64,000 bases of DNA. It comes from Raillietiella orientalis. Its lineage: Eukaryota. The stretch spans positions 3,410,001-3,474,000 of the forward strand of contig JAYWIR010000006.1 in the NCBI GenBank assembly GCA_036172245.1, given 5' to 3'. Each line of letters opens with the position of its first letter. Within the stretch, counting starts at the first letter, position 1. The position numbers and the translations under genes were made by a program. Shown piece after piece: positions 10,701 to 23,806 of this stretch. The notes beneath the pieces are model-generated. The model saw only the letters and a program-made list of their open reading frames with translations. It had not been told where the DNA came from and searched no databases.

Positions 10701-12679
10701 CGCGCACTTGACCCAGCGGCGGCGAGAGAGAGACACCCTGCGGCGAGAGAAAGGCCTCAGGTTTCGAATCCTCTCCACGAGGAGCCACTGCCCCACCTCT
10801 CGGACGACCCGCCGCGTAACAGCGCTTGACAGCGAGGAAGGGAGGGCGGCGGAAGCTACGGAAACTTCCCGCACCCTTCGCATCCCTCAATGGTAGGGCT
10901 GATCCTTCCAGCTTCCATTCCTTCGTGGAAGAGTCGCCGGAAGCAGGACAAGATTCTGGGGACCCAGGAAACCCCGGGCAGCTGTGGTGGCACCGCAGAA
11001 CAGCTCCAAGCTTCTTCACCTTCGGCAGCATCGCGGATGCGGGGGAGGTGTCTCCAGGATAGACTCTGCTCCGCCAGGGGCGATGAAAAAGACGACGTCG
11101 CCTGCACAGCGGGAGGACCGAGAAGCCGCAGAAGGAAACAACCGGCGCCGAGAGCGACACCGCGAGGTAAGGTTTCCCCGCTTCCCGCAATATTTTATTC
11201 ATTCATCCGTCTTTCGCTTCTCGGAATGGTCCACTTTTGGAGCATGGGTCGCTCGCGCGTCGAAAGCCAACTCGAGGTGGATTTTCGGACGCCTCCCTTA
11301 CGATGCGACGAGAAATCCCCGTCGCAGGGATTTCTTTGAAACTCGGGAAATCCGCTCGAGGCGCGGTTTGCCCAGATGCGCGGAGGGATGCGGAGCGTGG
11401 CTCGTCCCCAAAGATGGCGGGGAAGATAGCCCTCTGCTCGCTTCCGTCCTCTCCGAACAACAACAGCAAGTGTTTGGAGTCCCTGTTCCCGGAAACACCT
11501 GCTCCCCCGTAAGGAGACGTCCGGGGATGATGGTAGGGACGAAATCCCCCTCGAACCACTCCTCAGGGAGCGTTTTCGCGTGTTTTTGGAGGAGGAATCG
11601 AAAGCAATCGACCCGGCAGTCGCGGACAACCCGCTGTTTCTCTCCTCGCGGCAGGAAAACGCGCTGTTCGGTCCTCCATCGATCGGCGCCGTGCAACGGG
11701 GAACACCACCCACAAGCGAGCGAGGGTGGTGTCGCGCGCACCAATGCGCACGGCGGGCTTTGCAGCCCGAGATGCGAGGTGGGGTGCGAAGGCGGAGCGG
11801 AACAGCAAGGGAAAAACTCGAACGGACACTTCCGCGTCCGGCCAGCCACTCGGAGCCTTTCGGGCGCGATCCCCGGTCCAGATCAGGGGCCAAAAAACTG
11901 CACCTGTTGCAGCTGCTCGGCACGAAAGTAAGCAGATCTTGCGCGATAGGGACAGAGGGAGAGAGGGGGGGGGCGAGAAAAAGATCCGAGTTTCCCGCCG
12001 CGATTTCGCAGCATCACCTCCGAAGCCGCAAACGGGAGGAGGAGCGGGGCTGCCACCACCAAACGACCACCTTCGGCTTGCAGCCGAGATGCGAGCGCTC
12101 CAGAGCATCGTTCTTTCCCATCCGCGGAGGAAGGCGTCGTCGTCTCGGATGGCGGTCTTTTCGAGAAAACAGCTTCCAGGTATCGGCGGTTTGCAAGCGA
12201 AGCCCCTATTTTAATATTCTGATCATTGCTACCGGAAGAATGGATCCAGGGGAGGAGGGGAAAGGGTGGGGAGAGGGAAAAAACCTCTTATTATTTTCGA
12301 ATTGGGGAAATGGGAGTGGACACGGCGTTCCTGGTTTCAATAAATGTCTCCAAGGGCACTTCGGCCGCGACCGCGAATTTCTGCGCGAGTCGGCTGCTGC
12401 ATTTGCAGCTTCCTCTGTTCGAGTGCCTCCGTGGAGCGCTGCTGCTTGCGAGTCCATTCACAGAAGTGGCGGCTCGCCGCACGGCACCGGGAAAATCCGC
12501 GATCGCCGTCCGGTAACCGAGCGTGAAAGACATCGGGGAGGTGTCATCCCCCCTCGTTCTCATCTGAGGGTACGGTGGCCTGCATTTTTAAGGGAGCGCT
12601 GGTCGTTTCTGTCTTCTGGGAACCGTGCAAAGCTTCGGAGGAACTGAAATTCGAGAGGTCCTTTCTTCGACCCTGCGGG

Positions 12680-12990
12680 AACCGCGTCGGAGGCGACGTG
12701 AATGCGATGGTATCCGCGCATCTCCGTACCAAGCGTCGAGGATTCGAATTCCACCCAGGAAGAATCGCCGCCTAGAAAATGGGTGCGTCGTTGGCTCGAG
12801 TTCCTCCCGCGAGATGACGCTGGTTGACCTATGTTCCTTCGGATGCGGCACTGGTAGCGGTTCAAACCGGATGCCCCCAAGTGTGGTCTAGGGAGGACTA
12901 GGCTAGGACAATGGGAGTCAACCTCCGGATTCTTCCAGGAGTCGGGAAGAGGGAGGTCTTTCCCTCCGGTTGTGAAGGAGAGGAACCCCC
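12680..12990 (+). mobile_element. SINE copy 4 (5' part)
   Basis: Head ccgcgtcggaggcgacgtg...ggattcgaattcc. About 90% identical by eye to copy 2 over the first ~175 nt. Confidence 0.85.
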
Positions 12991-14379
12991 TTGGTTTTGT
13001 ACTATGGTGAAGGTGTGTGACCACTTCTCCAGAGAGTGCAAAGAAGCGAGAACGGAGTTCGTTGTCAGACGGAAAAGAGTCAAGGAGTCAGGTAAAAATC
13101 GCACGGCAACACGTTTCTTGTGGGCAAGGCAACCTCCAGTGCTCTCGTCTTTGCAAATGGGGACTTCTCGTTCGTACGGTGAAGGTAAATCTTCAGCCCT
13201 TGCGGTTTCCCGGTGAGGGTGCAGGCGCGGGTTTCGTGATTTCATGGGGATTCCATTCGATTTCATGCTCGACTCCTTGCGCTGCTTGGACTTTTGCAGC
13301 ACCCAAGGTCATTCCAGATGCGCTGAGCACTCTTATCCATTACGCATCCCATTAGCTCGGGCACGGAGCTGTGCGTATTGGCATCCATTCATTCGTTCCA
13401 TGCATGAAGATTATGCAGTAATCTCCCTCCTTCCAGAAGACAGGTGGAGCTGAAGTAACGATCCCATAGAAAACGAATCACGGGACGCGCAGCACGTTTC
13501 CTCCTTTCTCAGCGTCGAGAGTCCCTGTGAGAAACCGTTCCTCCGCCTCCCGTTCTTTGATTCTGGGAACCTGGGAATCCGATCAAACTCGAGCATCTAC
13601 AGGAGATGATTTCCAACGGGAAAAAAGGGATTCAGGGATTCAGGGTTCAGGGATTCTCCGTGCGCGCTCAACTTGCGCATCTCCTAACTTGACGATTCTC
13701 AGAGATCCCGCGCCCCCTCGGGGCGTGCTCGCGTCATCGGGGCGCGGCGTTTCCTTCACCGTTCCCAGAATTTCTTGTTGCATATTCTTGCCTTGAATGC
13801 AACGTCCTTATCTCGGAGGTTGAGCCAGCCAGACTGGGCGCGCGCACGGGTAGGAGGGCAGCGAATAATTTCCCAGTGAGTCTTAGGCGGGCCGTCCCTG
13901 AGAAAATCTGCGATGGGAACAGCGGTTGGCGCGTCGTCTCGATCGGCGAGCATCACTGGAGGTGTCTCCATCGGCTGTGATGAATTTTCCTGCATAAAAG
14001 TTCACAGATGAATGAAGGGTGTTTCTGTTCATCATGATGGGGGATAAATCACGTTGGTCGAACTACACGCTCGCGTCTCTCATTCATACGATTCCACAGG
14101 AGCAAGTACTTCAGCCGCCTTGTGTTTTCCCTGGCAGTTGGATTACCATCCTTTGGAAGAGAGCAAAGGGTATTTGTTCTTTTAACTCGATTCTTCCGAA
14201 GAAAACCCACTCGATTGCTTGTAGATCTTTGCTGTTTACTCCGAGTCGATCATCTCTCTGACACAGAGCTGAAGACGCAGTGAAAAAATCGACCAGCTCT
14301 GGTGCTTCGCTTACAGGACTTTTTCTTTTTTCTTCTTTTTTTTGACCATTAAGTAACTTCTATTCCTATATGAAGTAGA

Positions 14380-15607
14380 GTAATCGACTTTTTCGGAACC
14401 ACGTGGCCTTCCTGGAATGCCACCAGGCATACCACCACCAGCTTGTTACAACTTTGCGATTACGAGGTTGCACGCTCGCTCAACCTCTTCTTTCTTGTGC
14501 TGGCTGACTGGTGCCCAGCCATTTAATAGTCCCGTTGCATTTGTCCAGGACTTGCCTTGGGTTTTCTCATCTTCCTTCCTTTCGTGTCAAAGCAGTACGA
14601 TTCCAGGTCATTTTGGACTGAGATCCGCTCCCTTTGCTGCACGTCCTCCTGCCTGTATTTGTCGGCCTCCTGAACCTCACATTCAATTCCATCTTTAGAC
14701 AGGCGACCTTTGTCGTTCGAAATTGTGATTTTGCTGGCTTTCCCAGTTGACTTGTCTACAGTTGACACATTCGAAATTCCATTCGCATTAACATCAAATG
14801 TGACTTCGACCTGGAGGACACCTCGTGGAGCAGGCGGAATGTCAGTTAGTTCGAATTTGCCCGACAAATTCTTGTCCTTTGTCATCGCACGTTCTCCTGC
14901 GGATACCAGGACTATTACCACTGTATAGGAAGAGTCTGCGTGTGCTTTGTAGGTATGGCTGTGTTCCTCTTGATCAGTGCCGTCATCACACCACCGGCAG
15001 TTTCTACACCCAACGACAAGGTGGTAGCATCAAGAAGCAGCAGGTTTTGCGCAGACCCCGATTTATCGCCCGCACAGCTGATACGTGCAAGCGGGCAATT
15101 GCTTGCTTGCACAGCAGCAGAGATTGGCATCTCCCTCTTGCATAGCGGCACACAAAGATAGCCGCTTGCACAGTCGCACCGTAGGCCACAGCTTCATCAG
15201 GGTCCACATATTCGTTCTTCGCCATCAAAGAAGTCTTGCAATAACTTCTGAATTTCGGGGAATTCTGGTGGAGCCGCCACCACCACCTAGGACCAGATCA
15301 CTGTACTTGGGCTTTGTCCACCTTTGCATCGCGGAGGGATTCTTCCTCTGGATCTTAGGCACCTCGGAAAACAGCAGCGTTCGGTTCCTCAAATCTATCT
15401 CCGGTGCTTGAAGTATAAAAGCCCATGCCTTGGTACGAGGAATCCACCTCATTAGATGCCTGGGTGGGGGATGACAGGGTCCTTGTAGCACGTTCACAGG
15501 CTGTGCGGAGCCTACGAATAGCTCGCCTCGTTATCGCTTGGATCTGACTTTTGCCTCCTCTTGAATCCTTGGACGAGGCAATTCACCATCCCATTGTCAA
15601 AATCTTC
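14380..15607 (-). pseudogene. Hsp70: Cytosolic HSP70/HSC70 pseudogene, 5'-truncated, intronless, probably processed
   Basis: Colinear motifs [109 protein letters not shown] and a decayed EEVD (EKVD). It has stops and frameshifts, and an A-rich tract lies ~40 nt downstream (14320-14343). Confidence 0.95.
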
Positions 15608-16070
15608 AGGACTCTGGGATTCGAAAGAAAAAAAAAAAAGGAAGGAAAACAATTCAGTTAGGAGACAGCGTGGAATCCCTACTTGGGGTCTTCGTCATCT
15701 ACTCATTTCCAGGGGGGTGTCTAAAAGAGCTCGGTACTGAAAACTAGAAATACATCGGAACGATAGCAATTCACGGCAGTATCGAGCAAACTGAACAAAC
15801 AGCACAAATAACTACGCTTCCCGTATCCACCTGGAGTTAAATAATTTCTTTTTCATTTGGTTGCTTCCGCCCTGGCTGAGTCCATGCTGTCTCTGTGACA
15901 CATGTGCTGTTTTTGAAGCGATTTGAGTTCCCCCGTCCTTTCCTTGTGACCTTTCGCAGCTTTCGCGCGGCGGGTCACAAAAATCCCCCCCTCTACTCGG
16001 TGCGTGTAAGCAAGGATGCATCGTTCAGAGGGCAGGACCGAGAGACAGGGGCAGAGGAAAAGGGTTTTAC

Positions 16071-16182
16071 CTGGGCTCTCACAGCATACAGATGCATCTG
16101 GGCCATCTTTATCTCGAACTTTTTGGCACATATCTCTTCTTGGATTTCCGAGGCTTTGGCGAACATTTCAGAGTCCTGGTTT
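16071..16182 (-). CDS. Stacl: Stac-like F-BAR protein, 3rd exon in window ((K)NQDSEMFAKASEIQEEICAKKFEIKMAQMHLYAVRAQ)
   Basis: Acceptor ctccgtgcttcag, donor CAG|gtaaaa, 112 nt, phase 2 to 0, matching both neighbouring exons. Coiled-coil sequence. This frame is absent from the ORF track. Confidence 0.88.
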
Positions 16183-19100
16183 CTGAAGCACGGAGAGAAG
16201 CATGAGAACGATTGGCGCCCATGAGCACTTCACTCTACGAATTTTCATTTTTTTTTTATTTCATATGGCGGGAAGAAAAGAGTTCCGTTTCGTCTTTCTG
16301 ACGAGATCCGTTAGAAACATTAGAAGGAATTAGAATGCATAGAGAACGATAATTAATAATAATTAGAAAAACGACGAGAATCACATGCAAGCACGCGGCC
16401 CTCGTTTGAAGCGAGGCAACATCTCCCAATCTTCCCGAGGTTATCTGTGATCAGAGGACACATTCTCATTGATACCACAGATGGTCTGAGAAAAATGATT
16501 GCTAGAAATAAGAGTCATCGGTGACTTCCCGATGGCATAAGGCCGTGCATTTGTCAGATGAGAACCCAAGAAGGAAGCTAAAAGCTCGTATCCTTCTATC
16601 ACCAACAGCCAGCGATAAAGTTGCTCTCCTGGTGCGTTCACTTCCTCCCTCCTTTGCTCTGCCAGGGCGTGGGAAACGTGATCTTGAGGCGAAAGGATAG
16701 CCCTAGTGCCCCAGGGGCTCCCATCACTGCTCTCACAGGTTGGAGGCGGAGGGAGCAACTGGGTGGCCGTTTGCCCGGCACCCTGCGATGGCAGCAAACG
16801 CCCTTCGTCCGCGAACCCGATTTTTTTCGAGTATTTCAAGGGGAGGGGGGAGAGGGGATGCGGGAGAGGAGGAGATTTGGCTGTGAGGACCGGAAATTCA
16901 CTTCCGGGTCGAAACAGCGCTCGCATCGGACGTTTCGAATTTTGGAACGAACCTCGGACAGCCGATGAGTCCGATCGTCGCATGCCTTTCCCGTTCTAAA
17001 GGGTTCTGCCTAACATGGGTAACCACAGGTAGCATCTCGTCTCTGTGGAAGATGAAAGGAAACAGAAGACTATGGAAACTGCTACTGATGGAACACACGG
17101 TTTACTAACCACATGTGTGTCGGTAAGCCATGTACGCACTTTGTGCCTTTCTTGCACTTTGTGCCTTGTCTGCTTGTAAAGATGTATGCAACCGTAGGTG
17201 AAGCACTGCGACCTCGAGTTTTCGCAGCGCCTTCGCCGAGTAATTTACACACGCAGGCCAAGAAGTGCAAGAGGAGGCTGTGAGCTTCATCTCACTATTC
17301 CGCGAAGTCCACTTCATTTCCCCTTCGACCACGCGGACTAGTCCCGCTTACGCCAATCCTTCTTTCACTTAAGAGATCCGGACTGGTGGGCTTGCGACCG
17401 AACGTGCATTCGAAATTCCATCGCAGTTCGTCATCTGGCATTTCGGAAAACGCGCGCGGCTGGGGGTGGAAACGGAAAAGGGGCGGCGGTAGGCGGGCAG
17501 CCGATGTGCCCACGGAAGCACGAAGCCCGCGTTGCCCGAAACTTGCCCGTTCCACAAACTGTGCTTAAGAACTGTGTCGATACCGCTGATTGTTTTTTTT
17601 TTTGCATTTTTTTTTTTATTTTCCTCCCCTCCCCTCCCTGCCTAAATCCACGAGTCACACATTCCTTTGGGATCGTATTTATTTTTGTCATCTGTTTCTT
17701 TCCATGAGCACTTAATCCCCCCCTCCCTCCCCCTCCTTTTCGGAAAAAGAAGGGACAGCGGCGGTTTCGTGGAAACCGCTCTCTTTTCGGACCAGCGCCT
17801 CGCACTTCTCCCTACTGCCGAAGAAACCGTAACTGATCTGCAGAGAGACAGACATCCCCGGAATCGAGCGGGACTTCCGCGTGCGGGTCGGATTGGAGGT
17901 CGTTCCATCGCCTTTCAGACAGGTTCGAAGTCAGCTTGTTGGTAACCAGCGAGCCGGTCAATCCGGAAGGCCGATGGCATCATCCGCAGATTCGATTTCG
18001 TCACGGAAAAAGTAGGGTGTCGCCATTTCCTGGAATCTACCTTGCCGACAGCCCCGAGGGGTTTTCGGAAAGCCGATTCCCGCTCGTCACGCGTCACCTG
18101 TGACTCAGGGATGGTGTTAGCCTCCCCTTCCTCGCGATTCGTCATCACTTCGTCGGCATCTCTTGCAAAAAAAAAAAAAAAACGAGAAAAGAAAAAAGAG
18201 CGGAAAGAACGCGGAAGCCAAACTACCAAGTGCGATAAAATGTTGATTGGAAGATAAGGCTCGGATAATTACGCAAGCATTGGGATTTCAATTCTCGATC
18301 TGCGGTTCACAGGGATAAAATTGACTTCCGCTCATTAATGGACCTAATGATGAAGCAGAACGCCTTCCTCGCTTGAGGAGCGCCCAGCCGGGAGTGAGGG
18401 TTCCGTGCTGGAAGCTCACTGGCCCTTCCCGCCGCAACCGAGACGAAAATGAGTGCGGAACTGAAAACGATAAACTGTAAGATGTTCGTTTACGATCATT
18501 GCTCATCTCTTTGTTTATCCTTTTTTGTAAAGGGGGAAAAAAAACCGGGAACCCACACGAGAAGTGCACACATGTTGGTTCACTCCTCAAAGCTCAACCA
18601 ATTTTGCTCTTTAAAAATATCAGTAAGATTGGGAAGAAACAAACATAGACGTGCGAGTAGCAGAAACCATCTTGAAACCACTCGGGATTTCGAACTGCTC
18701 CCTTCTCGCCTCCTCTTCCCCATCCCGGAAGGTCAGCTTCCGGAAAAGGAAAGAACCCGAAAAAAAGTACAGAGTGCTACCCTAGTGCCGGAACTCGTGA
18801 CTGAGAGCGCAGTGGACCCCGGTTGCAGCAGTCGAAGAACAGTCCCAGGAACCGGAGAGCTGCCAGCGTCCCGCTCTGATGGCGAGTTGAAAAGAAGCGC
18901 TCAGCACGTCGAAGCGAACCCGAAGTTCAGCAAAGAGCAATGGGCGCCTTAAATGGCAGGTGAATCCTGGATGGGCTTCCGGGAAAGGAAGCTCAGCGCG
19001 AGGCGGTTCCCTCCCAGCGCAACGATTAGCGAGTCCATCGACGGGAATCGACAGGAATTTCCCACCGGCATCGGTGTGAGGAGATTGATCCGTCGTGGCG

Positions 19101-19599
19101 CGCTAGGAGCAAATCTACACGAGCGCCCCTCCTTGCGGCAGGAAGAGTATCGAAGGAGGGCACGTCGACGTGCATCGCCCCAGAAACCTGGAACGAGTGG
19201 CGCGGGCCAACAACGCCCTGCGATTCGAGCAAAACGAACCGTCCGGTGCGGCATCCCATCGATTACGGCCGGCTGCGTGGTTCCCCGCTTCTGGGGATCT
19301 CTTGGGGATTGCTGGCTTGTCTGATCCGAGGTTCCGGTGGATGGACACGTGATGGATTGTGCTCAAGCTCGGAAGACTGGCATCGAATGATTTTGAATGC
19401 GCAGCGGACAGGATGGCGAGATAAAACCCTAAGGAAGGATGGCCATCGAGAAAGCGCGAAGCGCTGGGTAGCAGGGCCGGAGTGAAGGATGCAGGCTTTG
19501 AGAACCCTCGTCTTCGGCGTAGCACGAATGGAGGGCGAGTGAGTTCCTCCGCACCCTAGAAAGAGAACCGAGGAACAGTGGGAACCGAGGTGTCAGGGA

Positions 19600-21830
19600 C
19601 AGGGGACGGAAAAAGCCCCTGGTCCGAAAGAGTTTCTCAGCGGCAGCAACCTCTCAGCTACAGAGCTCCTGAAAGTTGCCATGCAGTGAACTCCGCATTC
19701 GCCGACTCTTGGCTCTCGACAGCCAGTGCTGGTCAGTTCGGGAATTCTCGTGGAGATGGACGGGCAGACAGAGAGATCCCCAGCTCGAAGTAGCAAAGTA
19801 GACCGCCTTGAACATCTCTATTTCCTGTAGAGTCAGCTCAGCTCACCGGACCTCTCGGAAATCGAAAGACGAGCGAGGAGTCTCCCTCTCCTGACCGGCG
19901 TATCCGAGCTTTTGGAAGATGCTTCGAGTTCCTCCAGCCGGTGGCATCTCCTCAGACGAACGAACCTGAGGTCGTACGGAAAGGCCGTCTCCAGAAGCAG
20001 CCTCAGTTTCCCCGCTTCCTCCAAGAGCCCCGAAGAGCTAGTCCACCTGCCTGGGCTCACCCATGGTTTCGCATGGCTTTCCCATCTTTGCCTGGGAACG
20101 GGCATCTTTTCCCACGTGGGTGAATCCCTCAGTCATGGCAACGAAGTGCCTCAGCCTGGCAACAATCGGATGGAATTCGCCTCCACCCCATTTGTCTCCC
20201 TCTTCACTCTTTCCTTTCCGGACCGACGGATTCTCTTTTGGAAACTCTGCTCCAGACATTCCATTTCGGGATCTCGTCTCATGGAAATCATGCGTCTCAG
20301 ATCGCAGGAATTCTCTCTTTAATTCTGTTCAAGATTACCATAATGGCTGGGAAAGCATTCCGGAAGGCGTGAAACAGATTGTTTCTTGAGCCATTCTCAA
20401 GGTGATAGCGGTAATTTTCCCATAATGTCCCGGCCTAAATGTAGAGTTTCGTCCCATAACGACTATTTGGTTTTAATCCTCAAGAATCGCTAAGAGTATG
20501 GAATATTTAACAGTGGAAGAAAGCAGTAAAAGCAAAAGAAATCCAAATAAACTCTCTGCAATTTTTTTTTTTTTCTTCCCTCAAGATATTTTGTGGATTC
20601 ATTGGCTGCAGCGGCCAAGCATTGGATGAAGGATTTGTACTCTAGTCCGCACATCTCCATGGAGATGCCGGACGCATCCTTAATAACAACGATCTTATTA
20701 AACAGCTTCTGGAAAATACAATCCATACGGATTCTCAGCTTCCACCGCAATAAAGGAATACGAAATTTATCTCTGGATCCCGAGATTTCAGTCACGGAAT
20801 TCTTATACTGAATTGCTAAATAAATGCCATGATGAAGAGATTCCGTTTCGGCTCCAGAAGCGAGAAAACAGATGATGCATCATGGAAAGGATCGAAACGC
20901 CAGCGCCGAGCGCTTAGCAGCGAGCGTCTTTCACCGCAATTTCCTTCCTCCCTGTGCCCAGTTGATGCAAAACAAGCAGAAACGCAGCAGCTTTGGCACC
21001 ACAGAGCTGGCCACGGCATTCTTACTCGTGTGTGGTTTAGTAGCAGCTCGGTGATAGCGGCACCGACCTTCATGCTGGTAATCGTTTACCGAGCTGTGGC
21101 TCATTTGACATCCCACCTCGTTCCAACTGTTCCCCTTCCATAAACGGTGACAGCGTCATTAAATGTTGAGATGGGAAACACCGAATCTGCAATGATTCTG
21201 CACAATCATGAGACTCGCGTCAAACATCGAGGGAGGTAGGGAAAGTTTTCGAGAATCATTGCACTGCTGGTCCGGACTTCTGGAGCTCTCGCATCCAGAG
21301 AATTCAAATGGCGAGTTTCCCGTTCTGTTGCGAGGAAACGGAATAGGGGAACGTCCTCAAAGAAACGTGGTCCTTGAAGTTCTTGATGGATCAGGTATTT
21401 CCGACATGTGCGCTCGCAAACTAAGGAGATGCGCGTTCGCTTTCCCACGAAGGTCGCTTTGGCAAAGAAGAAAGCAGCTCTAAAATATTCGCTTCGAAGA
21501 CGCAAGGATGAAAAATCGAGGACGAAACTTCCTTCCTTCTAGCCGAACAGATGCCTTCCGGTTTGGATCTCTGATTTTGCTTTCCACGTCTGCTGCCCGA
21601 AGAACAGTAGATACTTTCATGTCCTCCCTCTCCATCATCGTGCTGATTTGTTTGTTGGAAACGGGAGGAATTCGAGAGAAATATGTTTGAAACCGATTTC
21701 TGTGATCCACAGCGACTTCCGTGACGAACTCCTTCAGAGATGCTTGCTGCTTTCTGATGCATGCTTTCATCTGTTTACTCAGCCTATCTGAAATGCCAAA
21801 GGTTCGATGGAGCCCCGGAAATATCAGCTT
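19600..21830 (-). pseudogene. Possible decayed multi-exon gene of unknown family, nested in an intron
   Basis: Protein-like frames at 21540-21820 (LSKQMKACIRKQQASLKEFVTEVAVDHRNRFQTYF), 20580-20708 (KLFNKIVVIKDASGISMEMCGLEYKSFIQCL; ttttccag acceptor but GG donor) and 20339-20489 (two stops). There is also a long frame with few stops at ~19600-20320. Confidence 0.3.
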
Positions 21831-23544
21831 GACACCGTTTCGTTCCATCTGGAATCCATGCCACTGCATCGTGAATCTCGGTTGTTTGTATTGCGACCGC
21901 TCTCCACCTTTGATGCATCCTCATTTCGCTTCAAGGTGCCGCAAAGGAAACTCTGCGTCCTCAACTGCAGAAGTAAAAAAAAATTTGGAACTTGGAAAGG
22001 GGAATTTTTCCTAGTTTCCTAGCTCGGAACTCTCTTCAGACTTCATGAAAGGCACACTGTTATTCTTTTTTTCTTTTTCTCACTGAATTCGAGGATAAAT
22101 CTCACCGTCGTACAGACCTTCCTTCTGCCAAACACCAAATCCATACACTTTCTGCACATCCGTGCCAGTCCTTCAAAAAGAATCCATCGCCGAACACTAA
22201 ATTGATTCCGCGTGTACACAATTAGTTTGTGTGTGTTTTTCCCGCTGTGAAGCAAAGCTGGGAGCTCGCCGAGTGGTTTTCGTTTTTCTTTCAGCGGCAG
22301 GTTTCCTGCAACCAGCAGCGAGGAAACTTCCCTCTGCCTTACGGGCTCAGCGCGGTGTCTGTCCCAGCGAGGCAGCTGTTCCCGTATTCGACGCAAAGCA
22401 GAGCGCTCCCTCGGTTCCAAGAAACCGCTTTCGTCGAATGGAACTTCCGGAGCTGTCGCTCCTTCAGAGTACGAGTGAACATACGGAGTTCGTGAGGTCG
22501 ATCAATCAGGAGATGGCGGCTCGCTGATCCCGTGGATGTCTTTGTCAAATGCCAGACCGAGGTGGACTGAGAGACCGCAACCGAGGGCTGATACAAAGAG
22601 CAATTCAAACCCTAGACTTCCTTTTCGTACTTAACGTGGTTCAGTACGAAGGGGGAAGTTTTATGGAATGGCACTACCATCAAGCATCTGGAATCTGCAC
22701 CGTGAGGAAAAAGAGAAACCACGCACGCGAGTGCACCGCTACTAGGAAGCAAAAGGGGGTGCAAGGTGAAAGAGGCTGAGTGGTGAAAGTCTTAAACATG
22801 AGGTGCTGAGTGGTGAAAGTCTCCAGAACCGTGGTGCTTCAGCTGGCGTGATAGCATCGCACTCTTAGCAGCCAGGAAATTGTATAAGGATGCGATGCTT
22901 CCACTCAAGGAAGAGAGAATTTCAAACTCCGCGGAAGGGGGTTTCATGAATGAAGGAAGGGGGTTTTCTCCTGCAAACATCGGACCTGCAGTTTCGCGAT
23001 CACGAAGTATTTTTGAGTGAGCCCTCGCCAGGACGATTGGGCCGTTTACACGTCCGTGAGAATGCTTTAAACAGTCTGCAGTTAACTACAAAGGACGGAA
23101 TGATCTCCAAGTGATGCGGTGGACACCAAACTGGAAATTTCAACGGTTTTCATCAAAACCTACTCCATCTCTTGACTAGCAATCATAAACGTGGGATGAG
23201 CACCGGCCTGTGCCCCGACATGCAGGTCGGTTTAGTGACAAAGAGAATTTTCGTATCTCCTGAACTGTTCTTCGGTAAAAGCTGATCGAATCTCTCCGAT
23301 CACTCGATAGTATTTGTGCGTCGAAAAGCATGTAGTTAAACCGGAGCAAACAGTGAGATGGGAAGACCCGTGCTGCAACTTGATCAGACGCAACGGAAGC
23401 ATCTAATAGGGTTTAGTTTTCCATGACGGGGACAACGTGCTCCTTTACGTATGTTTATTAACTCAGGCCGAGCCACTTAAAATCGGTCCGCCTCGAGCCG
23501 CGCCACATTTCGCCGCAAAGCTACGCCCGAGACGCGCTCTGTTT

Positions 23545-23806
23545 TGTATTTTTATATCGCATTGTTGGGCGCCGTGCCGCTCGAGAACGCTGACGTCACG
23601 CCTCCAAGCCGCGCACTCGAGGCGCGCCGCTGTCTCCCAGCTGCTCGCCCTGTATTTTTAGATCGCATTGTTGCGCGCTGTGCCGCTCGAGAACGCTGAC
23701 GTCACGGCGCCAAGCCACGCACTCGAGGCGCGCCGCTGTCTCCCGGACTCTCACCCTGCATTTTAAGATCGCATTGTTGCGCGCCGTGCCTCTCGAGAAC
23801 GCTGAC
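23545..23806. repeat. Minisatellite, 106-bp period, about 2.5 units
   Basis: Units start at 23545, 23651 and 23757 (tgtatttttagatcgcattgttgcgcgc...gagaacgctgacgtcac...gcgcgccgctgtctccc). Confidence 0.95.

Noticed and set aside
10984..12647. Overlapping 315-aa and 355-aa ORFs
   Set aside because: Open frames on both strands with low-information composition and no motifs, consistent with stop-poor GC-rich DNA.
13290..13400. C-type lectin remnant (GCVMDKSAQRIWNDLGC, minus strand)
   Set aside because: A single short motif with a nearby stop and no other support.
17100..17200. C1-domain exon (SRQGTKCKKGTKCVH)
   Set aside because: It is produced by a short tandem duplication (gcactttgtgcctt) and lies upstream of where the C1 exons should fall in gene order.
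23250..23320. TAF11-like peptide (SAFTEEQFRRYE, minus strand)
   Set aside because: The similarity does not extend beyond about 10 residues.
23545..23806. CRISPR array
   Set aside because: The whole 106-bp unit repeats with no unique spacers, the context is eukaryotic, and there are no cas genes.
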